Shown in pieces: positions 48,857 to 59,360 of a DNA stretch of 64,000 nt; positions within the stretch are counted from its first letter, which is position 1, and every line of letters starts with the position of its first letter. This stretch comes from Neoconidiobolus thromboides FSU 785 (taxonomy: Eukaryota > Fungi > Entomophthoromycota). The notes under the pieces are model-generated. The model was not told where the DNA came from. It saw nothing but the letters and a program-made list of their open reading frames with translations, and did not search any database. The stretch covers positions 2,982 to 66,981 of the forward strand of contig MU626372.1 in NCBI GenBank assembly GCA_025603075.1, read 5' to 3'. The translations under genes were made by a program, and so were the position numbers.

Positions 48857-50221
48857 ATGTCGCTTTTATTATTTATTATAGCCTTTTTACTTCCCATAAT
48901 TAACGCAGTAGTACCAAGAGTAACAGGTGGTGGATGTATAATAGTTGAAGATGAATTATATTATTTAGGGGGTTTTGTTTCGATGCCAAATGTAGGTGTA
49001 TCTGAAATCAATAAAGAAATGTACAAACTAAATTTAAGGAAAGGATTTAAAGTGAGCGGTAATACAGTAGAATGGGAAGAGTATAGTACAACAAATCCAC
49101 CCAGAGTAGTACATGGTCCATATATATTTTATTTTGGAAATAAGACCCTGGTAACTTTCCAAGCCGTTTCCGCAACCACACTTTCATTCGAGTATTTTGA
49201 TATTGAAAAAAAGGAATGGTACAATGAATCCATAATTGAAGAATTATATGAATTGGATGGTAAACCTGATATTTCAATCGAAACAGGCGTTGATGGATAT
49301 ACTTATCATTTTTATATTTTACAAGATGAGAGCAATTTAAACAGGTTTTATATCTCTGGTTACTTAAATCGGGAACTACCATCGATGGGTATAAGATCAT
49401 ATGATATTCAATCAAAGCAGATGAAGCTGCTTTATGGCGTAAAAAAAGGCTATTATATTCATCAGTTATTTGTCAAAAACAATAAAGTGTATTTTTTGGA
49501 ATACCCAAAAGAGAATGTAAATCATAATGGTTTTATTGATGTAATACATGAATTAGATCTAACAAACAATCAAGTGAAAAAGTATAGTGTTAAACTTAGA
49601 GATGGGTTTTATATATATGTTTTGAAAACGGACCACTCGACTCATCTTGTTATACGCGATTTTAAGCCCGAACCAAGTGTTTATGAAGTTCAATTTGAGC
49701 CATTAAACTTTAAAGAGTTAAATCAAACAAGCAGTGTAAACTATAACGGATGTTGCCTTACTATTTATAATAACCTTTTGATAAATTCATTTGGTTTTAA
49801 TATATTGGGTGATAAAGACGAAAATAAACTCCAAAGTACTAATGAAATCCGAGTGATAAATACAACTGATTGGAAACAGCTTGAAGGCTTACCTTCCTTA
49901 GAAAATGAACAGAATAACAACAATATTCTTTCAAAAAGTAGTCATGATGGAAAAGTATTAATAGGATGTATTGTAGTTGAAATATGTGGAGTTATAATAA
50001 TAGTAATAATTATAGTATTCAAACTGTATAAACGTAAATTAAAAAAAGAAGAGCCTCCAAGTCTTATTGTTGAGCCTATTATTATTGAGCCAGATGATCC
50101 ATTCGATACTAAGATCACTTATTGTGATAGCGAAATTTTTACTTATTGCCAAGAAATTGATAATGGTGATACCATGTTACCTAAAAAACTTAAATTTGAT
50201 TATGAGGAATACAAGGTATAA
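48857..50221 (+). CDS. Kelch/galactose-oxidase-like beta-propeller single-pass membrane protein
   Basis: Signal peptide, PRVTGGGCIIVEDELYYLGG Kelch-like start, TM VLIGCIVVEICGVIIIVIIIVF, KLYKRKLKK stop-transfer, cytoplasmic tail. Confidence 0.85.
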   Translation: MSLLLFIIAFLLPIINAVVPRVTGGGCIIVEDELYYLGGFVSMPNVGVSEINKEMYKLNLRKGFKVSGNTVEWEEYSTTNPPRVVHGPYIFYFGNKTLVTFQAVSATTLSFEYFDIEKKEWYNESIIEELYELDGKPDISIETGVDGYTYHFYILQDESNLNRFYISGYLNRELPSMGIRSYDIQSKQMKLLYGVKKGYYIHQLFVKNNKVYFLEYPKENVNHNGFIDVIHELDLTNNQVKKYSVKLRDGFYIYVLKTDHSTHLVIRDFKPEPSVYEVQFEPLNFKELNQTSSVNYNGCCLTIYNNLLINSFGFNILGDKDENKLQSTNEIRVINTTDWKQLEGLPSLENEQNNNNILSKSSHDGKVLIGCIVVEICGVIIIVIIIVFKLYKRKLKKEEPPSLIVEPIIIEPDDPFDTKITYCDSEIFTYCQEIDNGDTMLPKKLKFDYEEYKV

Positions 50222-50494
50222 ATATATAAATAAATTTCTGTGCACTTAATATATCATTACTTCAATTATTAATTTACTATAGATTACACAAAATAAATAT
50301 AGTTTATAATAGGCTATTTTTCAATCCAAGTCGGGTATAATGAAAAAACGACTATATGTATTATGTTTAATAATCCTGCTTATTTTAATCAAAAAGTACA
50401 AAATAAAATTAAAAATAAAGTTAAAACAGAATAAATTAAATTTTTTGTAAACATTTAACAATTTTTATATAAATGATAAAGTAGGAAGAGTTGA

Positions 50495-50564
50495 GAAATT
50501 TGCCCAATTACCAAGAAATTCCGTAAGCTTGTGAGCTATTTTGCTGAGAGATTGGGCAAATTTC
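50495..50564. repeat. Perfect 14-bp inverted repeat with 42-bp spacer
   Basis: GAAATTTGCCCAAT ... ATTGGGCAAATTTC. Confidence 0.8.
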
Positions 50565-51320
50565 ACAATTACCCGCTTAAAGATATATTTTCGTTATTCC
50601 ATGTTTTAAAATCCAGTTTGTAATTTTTAGTTAATTTTAAAAAACCAATGTTCTACTTTAATTCATTTGTAAAATTTAAAAATTCACTAAGACTTAACGT
50701 TTCGTTACTATTGAATTAGTATTAACTCAATTTACCAGTGCCAGGTAGTCATAAATAGTAATTGAGCTGTAGATACACCTTATTCTGAAAGCTCTATTTT
50801 TACAATCTAATTAAATTAAATATGATTTTTAAAAAAGCATCATCTCACTTAAAATACGAAATGGCATAAATGGGCATTTTATGATGCAATATTAAAGTGA
50901 AGTGTCCAACTTTGATTAGTTTAAATAATTGAAAAGAATTAATGATAAGAAATCCAAACATGACAAAAATCGCTAATAATTCTATCATTTATTCTAGGTA
51001 AATAAATCGAACTCTTAACCATTACAGTGTCATTTTATTAATAAAAAGTGTAATGACCCCTTCTTACAAGAAAAAAAGCTGAACCTCATAGCTATTATTT
51101 TATCGGAATAAAACCTGATTGGATTGTTCTAAAAATAACTTTGGTCCATAATTGGCTCTAAACTTCACTGGGGTAGAATAGTGTGGAGTTAAGTCCGCGA
51201 TAGCCAAATGAAACATTTCCAACCAATAAGCTTTCAATCAAAAAAAGTTGTAAAATAATATAAAAAGTATGGACTAGCTATAAGAATATCTTTTTTTTTA
51301 AAAAAATATAAGATAGAAAC

Positions 51321-52344
51321 ATGTCGCAAACCTATAACTTACGCCAGATCGGTGCTGCTAATACCGCCGAATACCGTCTCTATTATGGTAAGTAGTATTA
51401 TTGATTTGTTTCTTAATTATTCATTTTCAATTAATAGAGGAAAATGGTACTATAATTTCACCATTCCATGACATTCCGCTTTATGCTGATGAAGCTAAAG
51501 GTATCTTCAACATGGTCGTTGAGATCCCTCGTTGGACCAATGCCAAGCAAGAAGTAAGTTTAATGATTTATTAGTAAGAATTAGGTTAATATTTTTAGAT
51601 TGCTACTGGGGAACCTTTCAACCCAATTAAACAGGATATTAAAAAAGGTAAACCACGTTTTGTAAGAAACTGCTTCCCACACCATGGTTATATCTGGAAC
51701 TATGGCTGTATCCCACAAGTAAATTTAAATCTCTTCTAATTGGCTATAATTTATTTATATTCTAGACTTGGGAAGACCCTAACTTTAGTCACCCAGATAC
51801 CAAAGCACGTGGTGACAATGATCCAATTGATGTGTGTGAAATTGGAGAACAAGTCGCATACCCAGGTCAAATCAAACAAGTTAAAATTTTAGGTACACTT
51901 GCTTTGTTAGATGAAGGAGAAACAGATTGGAAAGTTATTGTAATTGATATCAATGATCCTTTGGCTTCAAGGCTTAATGACATTGAAGATGTTGAACGTC
52001 ACCTTCCAGGTCTTTTAAGAGCCACTGTTGAATGGTTCCGTATTTACAAAATCCCAGATGGTAAACCAGAAAATCAGTTTGCTTTCTCAGGAGAAGCCAA
52101 GAATAAGAAATACGCTACTGAAATCGTACTTGAAACCCATCATCACTGGAAGAATTTAGTTAATGGTACTACACCTGCTAAATCAGCCTCTTATGACCTG
52201 TCAATTGTTAATTCAACTTTGGAGAATAAAGTCAGTAAAGACGATGCTGTTTATCAAAGCGTACCACAAGAAAATGTTAAACCTGCTGCGTCTATTGATC
52301 CTTCCGTTGATAAATGGTTCTTTATCTCCGGCTCTTCAGTCTAA
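51321..52344 (+). CDS. IPP1: Soluble inorganic pyrophosphatase (family I), 4 exons
   Basis: Spliced: [75 protein letters not shown]. Confidence 0.95.
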
Positions 52345-52461
52345 TCGAATTTAAAATATAATTATAAAGAAATATAAAAAATTTAAAAATGACTTACTAA
52401 GTTTAATATGCGAAAGTTTTATTATAATAAAGTTGATTTGAATTCAAACTGTCAATAATAG

Positions 52462-52562
52462 TGAGGATGTATTTTTGTGTTTAACAATTTTACTAACAAT
52501 TCTTCCGCTCAAATAGCGCTTAAAAAATGGAAAAAATAATGAAACCGAAAAAAACATCTCCA
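52462..52562 (+). mobile_element. MITE family 1 copy
   Basis: TGAGGATG...CATCTCCA, full internal consensus. Confidence 0.9.
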
Positions 52563-53007
52563 GTATAGTAATATAGTATATAGTAATATAGTAAGATTGG
52601 TTAATAAATTGTTTAAACTTAGAATGACTATTAATTATAAAGCTAATTAACAAAATTATTTATTATGCTAGAATTTAATGCCTCTGATCAAAAAAATATT
52701 CTATCTCTTGGGATATATATAAAGAGCAATCTTATTATCAAAATAAACATTGATTAAACATTTGAATTGACTTTATTAAATATTCTTACACTCTCAAGCT
52801 AAATTAATCGTCCCATTATTGACTATAATATTTAACAATTAGTAGTGTCTTTGAATTTATCCATCATCACCCAATCATAGTTGACTATAAAAAGTATTTA
52901 AGCATTTGAAAATAAAACCAAAGCTTAAATTCCAAAGTAAGAAAAACATAACAAAGAGTTCTATTTATTAATTAATTTTGAAGTGTTTAAACAAACAATA
53001 AGAAAGA

Positions 53008-54036
53008 TGAGCAGTTATCAACTTCGTCAGGTAGGCTCAAAATACTCTAAGGATTTCAAGTTATATTTAGGTAACAAAAATTTATTGATTTCAATAATAT
53101 GAATAAGTACAATTCAATATTTGAATAATAGAAAAAGATAGCAAACCCATTTCTTTTTTCCATGATGTACCAATGAGACCAAATAAAGGTGATGATTATG
53201 TATTCAATATGGTTGTAGAAATCCCTAGATTTTCAAATGCAAAAGCAGAGGTAATTATAAGTTACAGCTTCAAGTAGATTTTTTATCAATAAGGTTAATA
53301 GATTGCTACTAAGAGTGAGTTGAACCCAATAAAATACGATGTAAAAAAAGACAAAGTACGCTTTGTAAAAAATCAATTCCCTTATAAAGGATACCTTTGG
53401 AACTACGGTGCTATTCCTCAAGTAAGCTTAATATAACAATATATAAAATAATATCTTTAATTTTAATAGACTTGGGAAGACCCAGAATATATTAACCCAG
53501 ATACTAAATGTAAAGGAGATAATGACCCAGTAGATGTATGTGAAATAGGAACTCGAGTAGCTAGTATAGGTGAAATTAAACAAGTAAAGTTGATCGGTAC
53601 TCTAGCCATGTTAGACGAAGGAGAAACAGACTGGAAGATGTTATGTATTGATATTAACGATCCAAAAGCCAATTTAATTAACGATATTGAAGATGTTGAA
53701 ACCCAATTTCCAGGCTTATTAAATGCTACTTTAGATTGGTTTAAATATTACAAAGTACCAGATGGTAAACCTAAGAATAAGTTTGCTTTTAATGAAAAGT
53801 TTTTAAATAAAAAGTACGCCTTAAGTGTTATCAATGAAACTCATCATCATTGGTCAAACTTAATCAAAAGTAAAGCCCCATATGACCACCTTCATACTAG
53901 AAACTCTACCTTACATGGTACACCTCATTATAAAAAAGATATTTCTGATATACCAAATCAAGATGTAAAACCCGATCATCCTATTTCAAAAGACGTTGAT
54001 GACTGGTACTTTATTAACAAGAATTCGAAATTATAA
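53008..54036 (+). CDS. IPP1: Soluble inorganic pyrophosphatase, tandem paralog, 4 exons
   Basis: [63 protein letters not shown]; three introns at the same positions as the upstream copy. Confidence 0.92.
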
Positions 54037-54100
54037 ATAAAAATTCAAAAGGCTTTTAATGAAATTAGATTTAACATGCACTTTATTTCAATGAAAATGT

Positions 54101-54356
54101 TTATTTAGCTGATGGAGTATGCTTTGAGTGTGAGTCATCCATTCTGCCTTTGTAAAAAGAATACTAGTAAAAATTAATAACTAATAACATTGTTAAAATA
54201 AATCATTACCAAAAGCATCATACCAACAGTAAGTCCCGAGCCCATGGCCATGGACTTCATGTCGTATTTTCCAAAATTATCGGTAGTAGAAGTGTAGCCC
54301 CTTTTAAATAATTTTAAATTAAACGGTTTAAAGCCATTAGTCGATAGCAAACTCAT
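54101..54356 (-). CDS. 69-aa microprotein, 2 exons (54356-54210, 54163-54101), mitochondrial-presequence-like start and one short TM
   Basis: 46-nt GTAATG...TACTAG intron gives MSLLSTNGFKPFNLKLFKRGYTSTTDNFGKYDMKSMAMGSGLTVGMMLLYSFYKGRMDDSHSKHTPSAK; both exons are GC-richer than the intron and flanks. Confidence 0.65.
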
Positions 54357-54779
54357 TTTTTGAAATATCTCTTCTTTAAGTCACCCTTTTTATTTTTATA
54401 GTTTTTGGAGCTGCTCAGGATGATATCAACTTGAGTTCAATTTTAAGTCATGCAAAGCTCATAGTTAAATGCTGATTTTTATTTCATCGAGATCATTATT
54501 TATATTAATCATTAGCTTATGAATATACTGGACTTTAATAATAAAATAAAACTCCAACTTATAAATATTTATTATATTTTTGAATAATTTTAATATTCCA
54601 ACCTAAAAACCCACAGCATTTAGTTAAACGAATAAAAACGCTTAAAATCCAAAAATCATACCTATTAATAGGCTATTTTCTAAAGCACCAAAGTATCAAC
54701 GTCATCTAAATACTGCTTACAAACTATAACTAAGTAATTTGCTCAAATTTGGTTTTTATCTTATACTTATCAAATCAAC

Positions 54780-55752
54780 ATGTATGCCTCACGTTCCGAA
54801 TATGATCGAGGAGTGAACACCTTCTCCCCAGAAGGACGTTTATTTCAAGTTGAATATGCCTTAGAAGCCATTAAAGTAAGTTACTTATTTATTAGAGAAA
54901 TACTTGTTAAACAATTGTAATTTTTTACTAGCTTGGTTCTACGGCCGTCGGCCTTGAAACTTCTGAAGGCGTAGTTTTAGTAGTTGAGAAAAGAATTACT
55001 TCAAAACTGTTAGAACCTAGTTCAGTAGAAAAGATTTTAGAGATTGATGAGCACATTGCTACCACTTTCTCAGGATTAACTGCAGATTCTAGAACCATTA
55101 TCAATCATGCTAGAGTTGAAGCCCAAGTAAATAATTCTATACTTTTATTAAGTTGATATTAATTACAGACTTAGAATCACACTTTTACTTATAACGAAAA
55201 GATTAAAGTTGAATCAGTGACTCAGGCAATTTCAGATTTAGCGTTGAGGTTTGGAGAAATTGAAGATTCTGCGGCCATTATGGTAAGATGATTTTAGAAA
55301 TATCATATTATATTTTAATATTCATCAGTCACGTCCCTTTGGTGTTGCTACTTTAATAGCTGGTGTAGATGAAGTTGGACCTCAATTGTAAGAAAATCTA
55401 ATCTTTTCAAAGAAACATGACTAATCATTTAGATATTATTGTGATCCTTCTGGTACATTTTCAAGATATTCAGCCAAAGCAATTGGGTCCGGATCTGAAG
55501 GTGCACAAAGTGAATTGAAGGAATTATATAATAGTGTAAGCTAATTCAAATAATATAATTAAATATGGATGATAATGATCAAACTAGAATTTAACCTTAG
55601 AAGAAGCAGGTATTATGGCTCTCAAAGTAGTTAAGCAAGTGATGGAAGAAACACTTACAATTAAAAATGTACAAGCAGCTATTGTTACTAAGGAAAAGGG
55701 ATTCCATATCCTTGATACTCAAGAGTTGCAAAACTGGCTCGCTCATTTATAA
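54780..55752 (+). CDS. PUP2: 20S proteasome subunit alpha-5, 6 exons
   Basis: [70 protein letters not shown]; five GT-AG introns. Confidence 0.93.
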
Positions 55753-55990
55753 ATAATGGATTAAAGTACCATTTTTTTGTTCTTTTAAGGTATTTTTTGT
55801 TTTTTTCTTAATATTTTCTACCATTGTTTTATAAAATTGTTAATTTAATTTTAATTTTAATTTAAATTAGCATGATTCAAATGATTTATCAAGTAATTAA
55901 ATTGATAGATAAATGATTTTAAAGATAAATATCTACAAAAGAGTATAAAAGTAATCAAAATCCTTTGAAAAGCTTTATCAAGCATTTAAC

Positions 55991-56007
55991 TGTTTATTGA
56001 CTAAACA
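55991..56007 (+). promoter_or_regulatory. TGTTTA-N5-TAAACA dyad in leader of repeat-precursor copy 2
   Basis: TGTTTATTGACTAAACA at -40 to -24 from the ATG; GAGTATAAAAG TATA-like box at ~55941. Confidence 0.6.
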
Positions 56008-56030
56008 ATTATTCAATTTTTAATTACAAA

Positions 56031-56501
56031 ATGATTTTCAATACCTTAGTTTCCTTATCCCTTTTAGCTTCTGTTTTTGCTGTTTCTCCTCAGCTCCCTT
56101 CCCAAGCCCAATCTGGTATTCACCGTAGAGCTATGCCCATTAATCCTCAACTTGCTCAATCTGGTATTCACCGTAGAGCTATGCCCATTAATCCTCAACT
56201 TGCCCAATCTGGTATTCACCGTAGAGCTATGCCCATTAATCCTCAACTTGCTCAATCCGGTATTCATCGTCGTTGCGACGGTTTTGGTGGATGGGGAGGT
56301 TTTGGCGGATGGGGAGGTTGTGGTGGATGTGGCTTTTTCCCATTTGTCGTACAAGATTTCAATGCAGTCAACGACAATAACTTCTGTGTCAATGATTTTT
56401 GCCAAAATACTGAAGCAGCTGTATTTTGCGATAGTGTTAATTGCTTCGATCAAAATTGTTGCAACTTTAATGCAGTCAATGAAAACCTCATTATTGCTTA
56501 A
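56031..56501 (+). CDS. Secreted Kex2-type repeat precursor (4 x QSGIHRR), copy 2
   Basis: Signal peptide, three near-identical 48-nt repeats (AMPINPQLAQSGIHRR), Cys-rich tail. Confidence 0.9.
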   Translation: MIFNTLVSLSLLASVFAVSPQLPSQAQSGIHRRAMPINPQLAQSGIHRRAMPINPQLAQSGIHRRAMPINPQLAQSGIHRRCDGFGGWGGFGGWGGCGGCGFFPFVVQDFNAVNDNNFCVNDFCQNTEAAVFCDSVNCFDQNCCNFNAVNENLIIA

Positions 56502-56920
56502 AGTAGTCAATATTTAATTGTTTTTGATGTAGCTTAATTGATTTAAGTTTCATTTTTATTCAATAAAATAGGTTTGATAGTATTTTAGATTTTAAAAACC
56601 TTTATTTTTTTATTTATAATATCCTTAAATCAAAATGAAATTAGGACTATCTATAGGGGTGAATTTATTACAAAAATCAAGTCAGTGTAAGCATAAAAAC
56701 CAGAGCTTTCTACTATCATATGATATTTACTTACAACACTTTTCATCTAGATCTATGAATTATCACCGTATAATGATGTAGGGAATTCTATAAAACTAGC
56801 TATTTTTCAAAGGTTTATTAATGTCTTTAGACTATTTTATTTAATAGCTTTTATTGTTATGTTGTATTATTTTTTACATAAAAATAATAGAGAATACCAT
56901 CATATAAATATCATTTAATA

Positions 56921-57022
56921 TAAGAGGTTATTTTTTTGGTTTCATCACTTTTTCCATTTTTTAAGCGCTATTTGAGTGAAAAAATTGTTAGTAAAATTCT
57001 TAAACAAAAAAATATGTCTCTA
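56921..57022 (-). mobile_element. MITE family 1 copy
   Basis: Reverse consensus TTTCATCACTTTTTCCATTTTTTAAGCGCTATTTGAGTGAAAAAATTGTTAGTAAAATTCTTAAAC. Confidence 0.85.
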
Positions 57023-57596
57023 TTTTTATTGAATTGTAAATAATTTTATAAACAATTTTAAAATATTTGCTTAATTCCAAACTTAAGATAGTAAACATTA
57101 TATGAAAAATTTTGTAAGGATTGTCTCTTGTGTGGTAATACCCTATCTATTAAAACTTTGAATAATTCTATGTAAAGTTTAATAATTCTTAAAAGGCATT
57201 ATGATATATTAAAATATATCGTCTCAAGAAATTATATCTAAAAAGGGACTTAATAATCGTTTTAATTTAGTGGCCCTCCTTTATCCTGATCTCCAACATC
57301 AAATTTACCTAGGTTTAGATGTGCTTAAACAATTTACATGGGCTTTAAAGTTGATATCTATCTATAAATAATAGAAAAAAATAAGACTCTTTGAACTAAT
57401 ATTATTACGATTCTTTATTGATCACCAAGATTAATCAAAACAGTGATACTGAAGATAAATTAAATAGAATCTTAGTGATTGATCTATGCAAAAAGCAATT
57501 AAACTGATAACTATTGATTCTAGTGATAAATTAAAATTTTGAGTAAATATAAAAAGCAATTCAGATTCATTCAAAAAACAATATCAAATATTTGAC

Positions 57597-57613
57597 TGTT
57601 TATTGACTAAACA
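57597..57613 (+). promoter_or_regulatory. TGTTTA-N5-TAAACA dyad in leader of repeat-precursor copy 3
   Basis: TGTTTATTGACTAAACA at -44 to -28; TATAAAAAG at ~57548. Confidence 0.6.
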
Positions 57614-57640
57614 TTTATCCAACACTTTCAAACTATAAAA

Positions 57641-58081
57641 ATGATTTTCAACACCTTAGTTTCCTTATCTCTTTTAGCTACTGCTTTTGCTGCTCCACCT
57701 CAACGTCCTTCTCAAGCTCAATCTGGTATCCATCGTAGAGCTTCACCAGCTTCACCAGCTTACCCACAAATGGCTCAATCCGGAATCCATCGTAGAGCTG
57801 TACCATCTTATCCACAATCTGCTCAATCTGGTATCCATCGTCGTTGTGATGGCTTTGGTGGATGGGGAGGATGTGGTGGATGGGGAGGATGGGGAGGATG
57901 TGGTGGATGTGGTTTTTTCCCATTCATTGTACAAGACTTTAATGCAGTCAACGATAATAACTTCTGTGTTAGTGATTTCAACCGTAACACCGAAGCAGCT
58001 GTATTCTGTGATAATATCAATGACTTTAATGCAGCATCTAATTGCTTTAATGCAGTTAACGAAAATCTTATCATTGCTTAA
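57641..58081 (+). CDS. Secreted Kex2-type repeat precursor (3 x QSGIHRR), copy 3
   Basis: Same architecture as copies 1 and 2. Confidence 0.9.
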   Translation: MIFNTLVSLSLLATAFAAPPQRPSQAQSGIHRRASPASPAYPQMAQSGIHRRAVPSYPQSAQSGIHRRCDGFGGWGGCGGWGGWGGCGGCGFFPFIVQDFNAVNDNNFCVSDFNRNTEAAVFCDNINDFNAASNCFNAVNENLIIA

Positions 58082-58279
58082 GGGATATAGTTGTTTGAGT
58101 TATTTTTAGTATAGCTTAATTGACTTAGGTTATATTTCATTCAATAAAATGAGTTTGACAGTAGTTTTTTTAAGATATATTTGACATGTTTCTATAATAT
58201 TTACAACTATTTTTAAAAGGCTTTGATACAAAATATAAATGACTATAACTTATTAGTATTTTATCTAATGTGTAACAAA

Positions 58280-58552
58280 TGATAACTATTGGTCCTAATG
58301 ATGAATTAAAATTTTGAGTGAGTGCAAAAAAGCAACTCAGATTCATTCAAAAAATAGTATCAAATATTTGACTGTTTATTAACTAAACAAATTTCAATAC
58401 TTTTAAGCTATAAAATTAATTTCAAATACTTTAGTTTCCCAACTTCTTTTAACAGCTACTTTTATTGCCTCTCCTTAGCCTCTCTCAAGCTCAATCTGGT
58501 ATCCACCATAGAGAGCTACTCTAACTGCCTCAGCCTATCTACAGAAAGCTAT
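58280..58552 (+). pseudogene. Truncated, decayed copy of the QSGIHRR precursor with its promoter
   Basis: Aligns with 57505-57780; TATA and ATG are lost, frameshifted, retains TCTCAAGCTCAATCTGGTATCCAC. Confidence 0.85.
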
Positions 58553-58664
58553 AAGCTAGATTTCTTAAAATAAATCAAAGATATATCCATGTAATCTAAC
58601 AGATACGCTAATAATTTTAACACTTATAACATCCATCTATTTATATTGCAGGTAGCTTAACATA

Positions 58665-58763
58665 TGGGAATATGTTTTTATATTCAAGAAGTTCACTAAT
58701 TTTTTCGCTTAAATATTGCTTAAAAGATATAAAAAGTGACTAACCCAAAAAAAAATCCCCTCA
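58665..58763 (+). mobile_element. MITE family 1 copy
   Basis: TGGGAATATG...CCCCTCA with TA/TA flanks. Confidence 0.8.
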
Positions 58764-59129
58764 TACTATATAAATATTATGATTCATTCACGTTAATTTT
58801 AACAACTATTTATAGCAACCCAGAGTTTATGAAATTTTATAATAAAGATACTAAAATTTACTATTAATGACAACAAACTTAATTAAGCAATATGTAAAGT
58901 TAATGCTTTGAAAGAAATAATAAATAAATACCAATAGATACTAATAAATACCATTATTATTAACTATAGCTTCAGTATATTCTTTTGGTCAATATAAAAG
59001 TTTCAGATTTAATACAACTAAAAATTAATACAACTATTTAAAAATGATCAGTAATAATAAAATACTAATATTATAATCTATTACTAAAAATAAATAAAAA
59101 CTAGAAACGAGCAAATCGAAATTATTATA

Positions 59130-59203
59130 TGGGGATGTATTTTTATGCTCAAATAATGCTTAAAAAAGTGGAAAAGTGATGAAGTCAAAAAAAAACATCC
59201 CCA
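59130..59203 (+). mobile_element. MITE family 1 copy with internal deletion (74 bp)
   Basis: Intact TGGGGATG...CATCCCCA ends with TA/TA flanks; the TTTAAGAATTTTACTAACAATTTTTCC block is missing. Confidence 0.88.
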
Positions 59204-59360
59204 TATAATATTTATTTAATAACTCAACTATTTTATTAAGATTTAATAAAAGCAAAAATAAAAATAAATATTTGTTAGATAATATATGTACTAATAAAAT
59301 CAAAAAAATAACATGCAATAAATATTTCAATAATTTTAAAAATAAAATGATAACTAGCTT

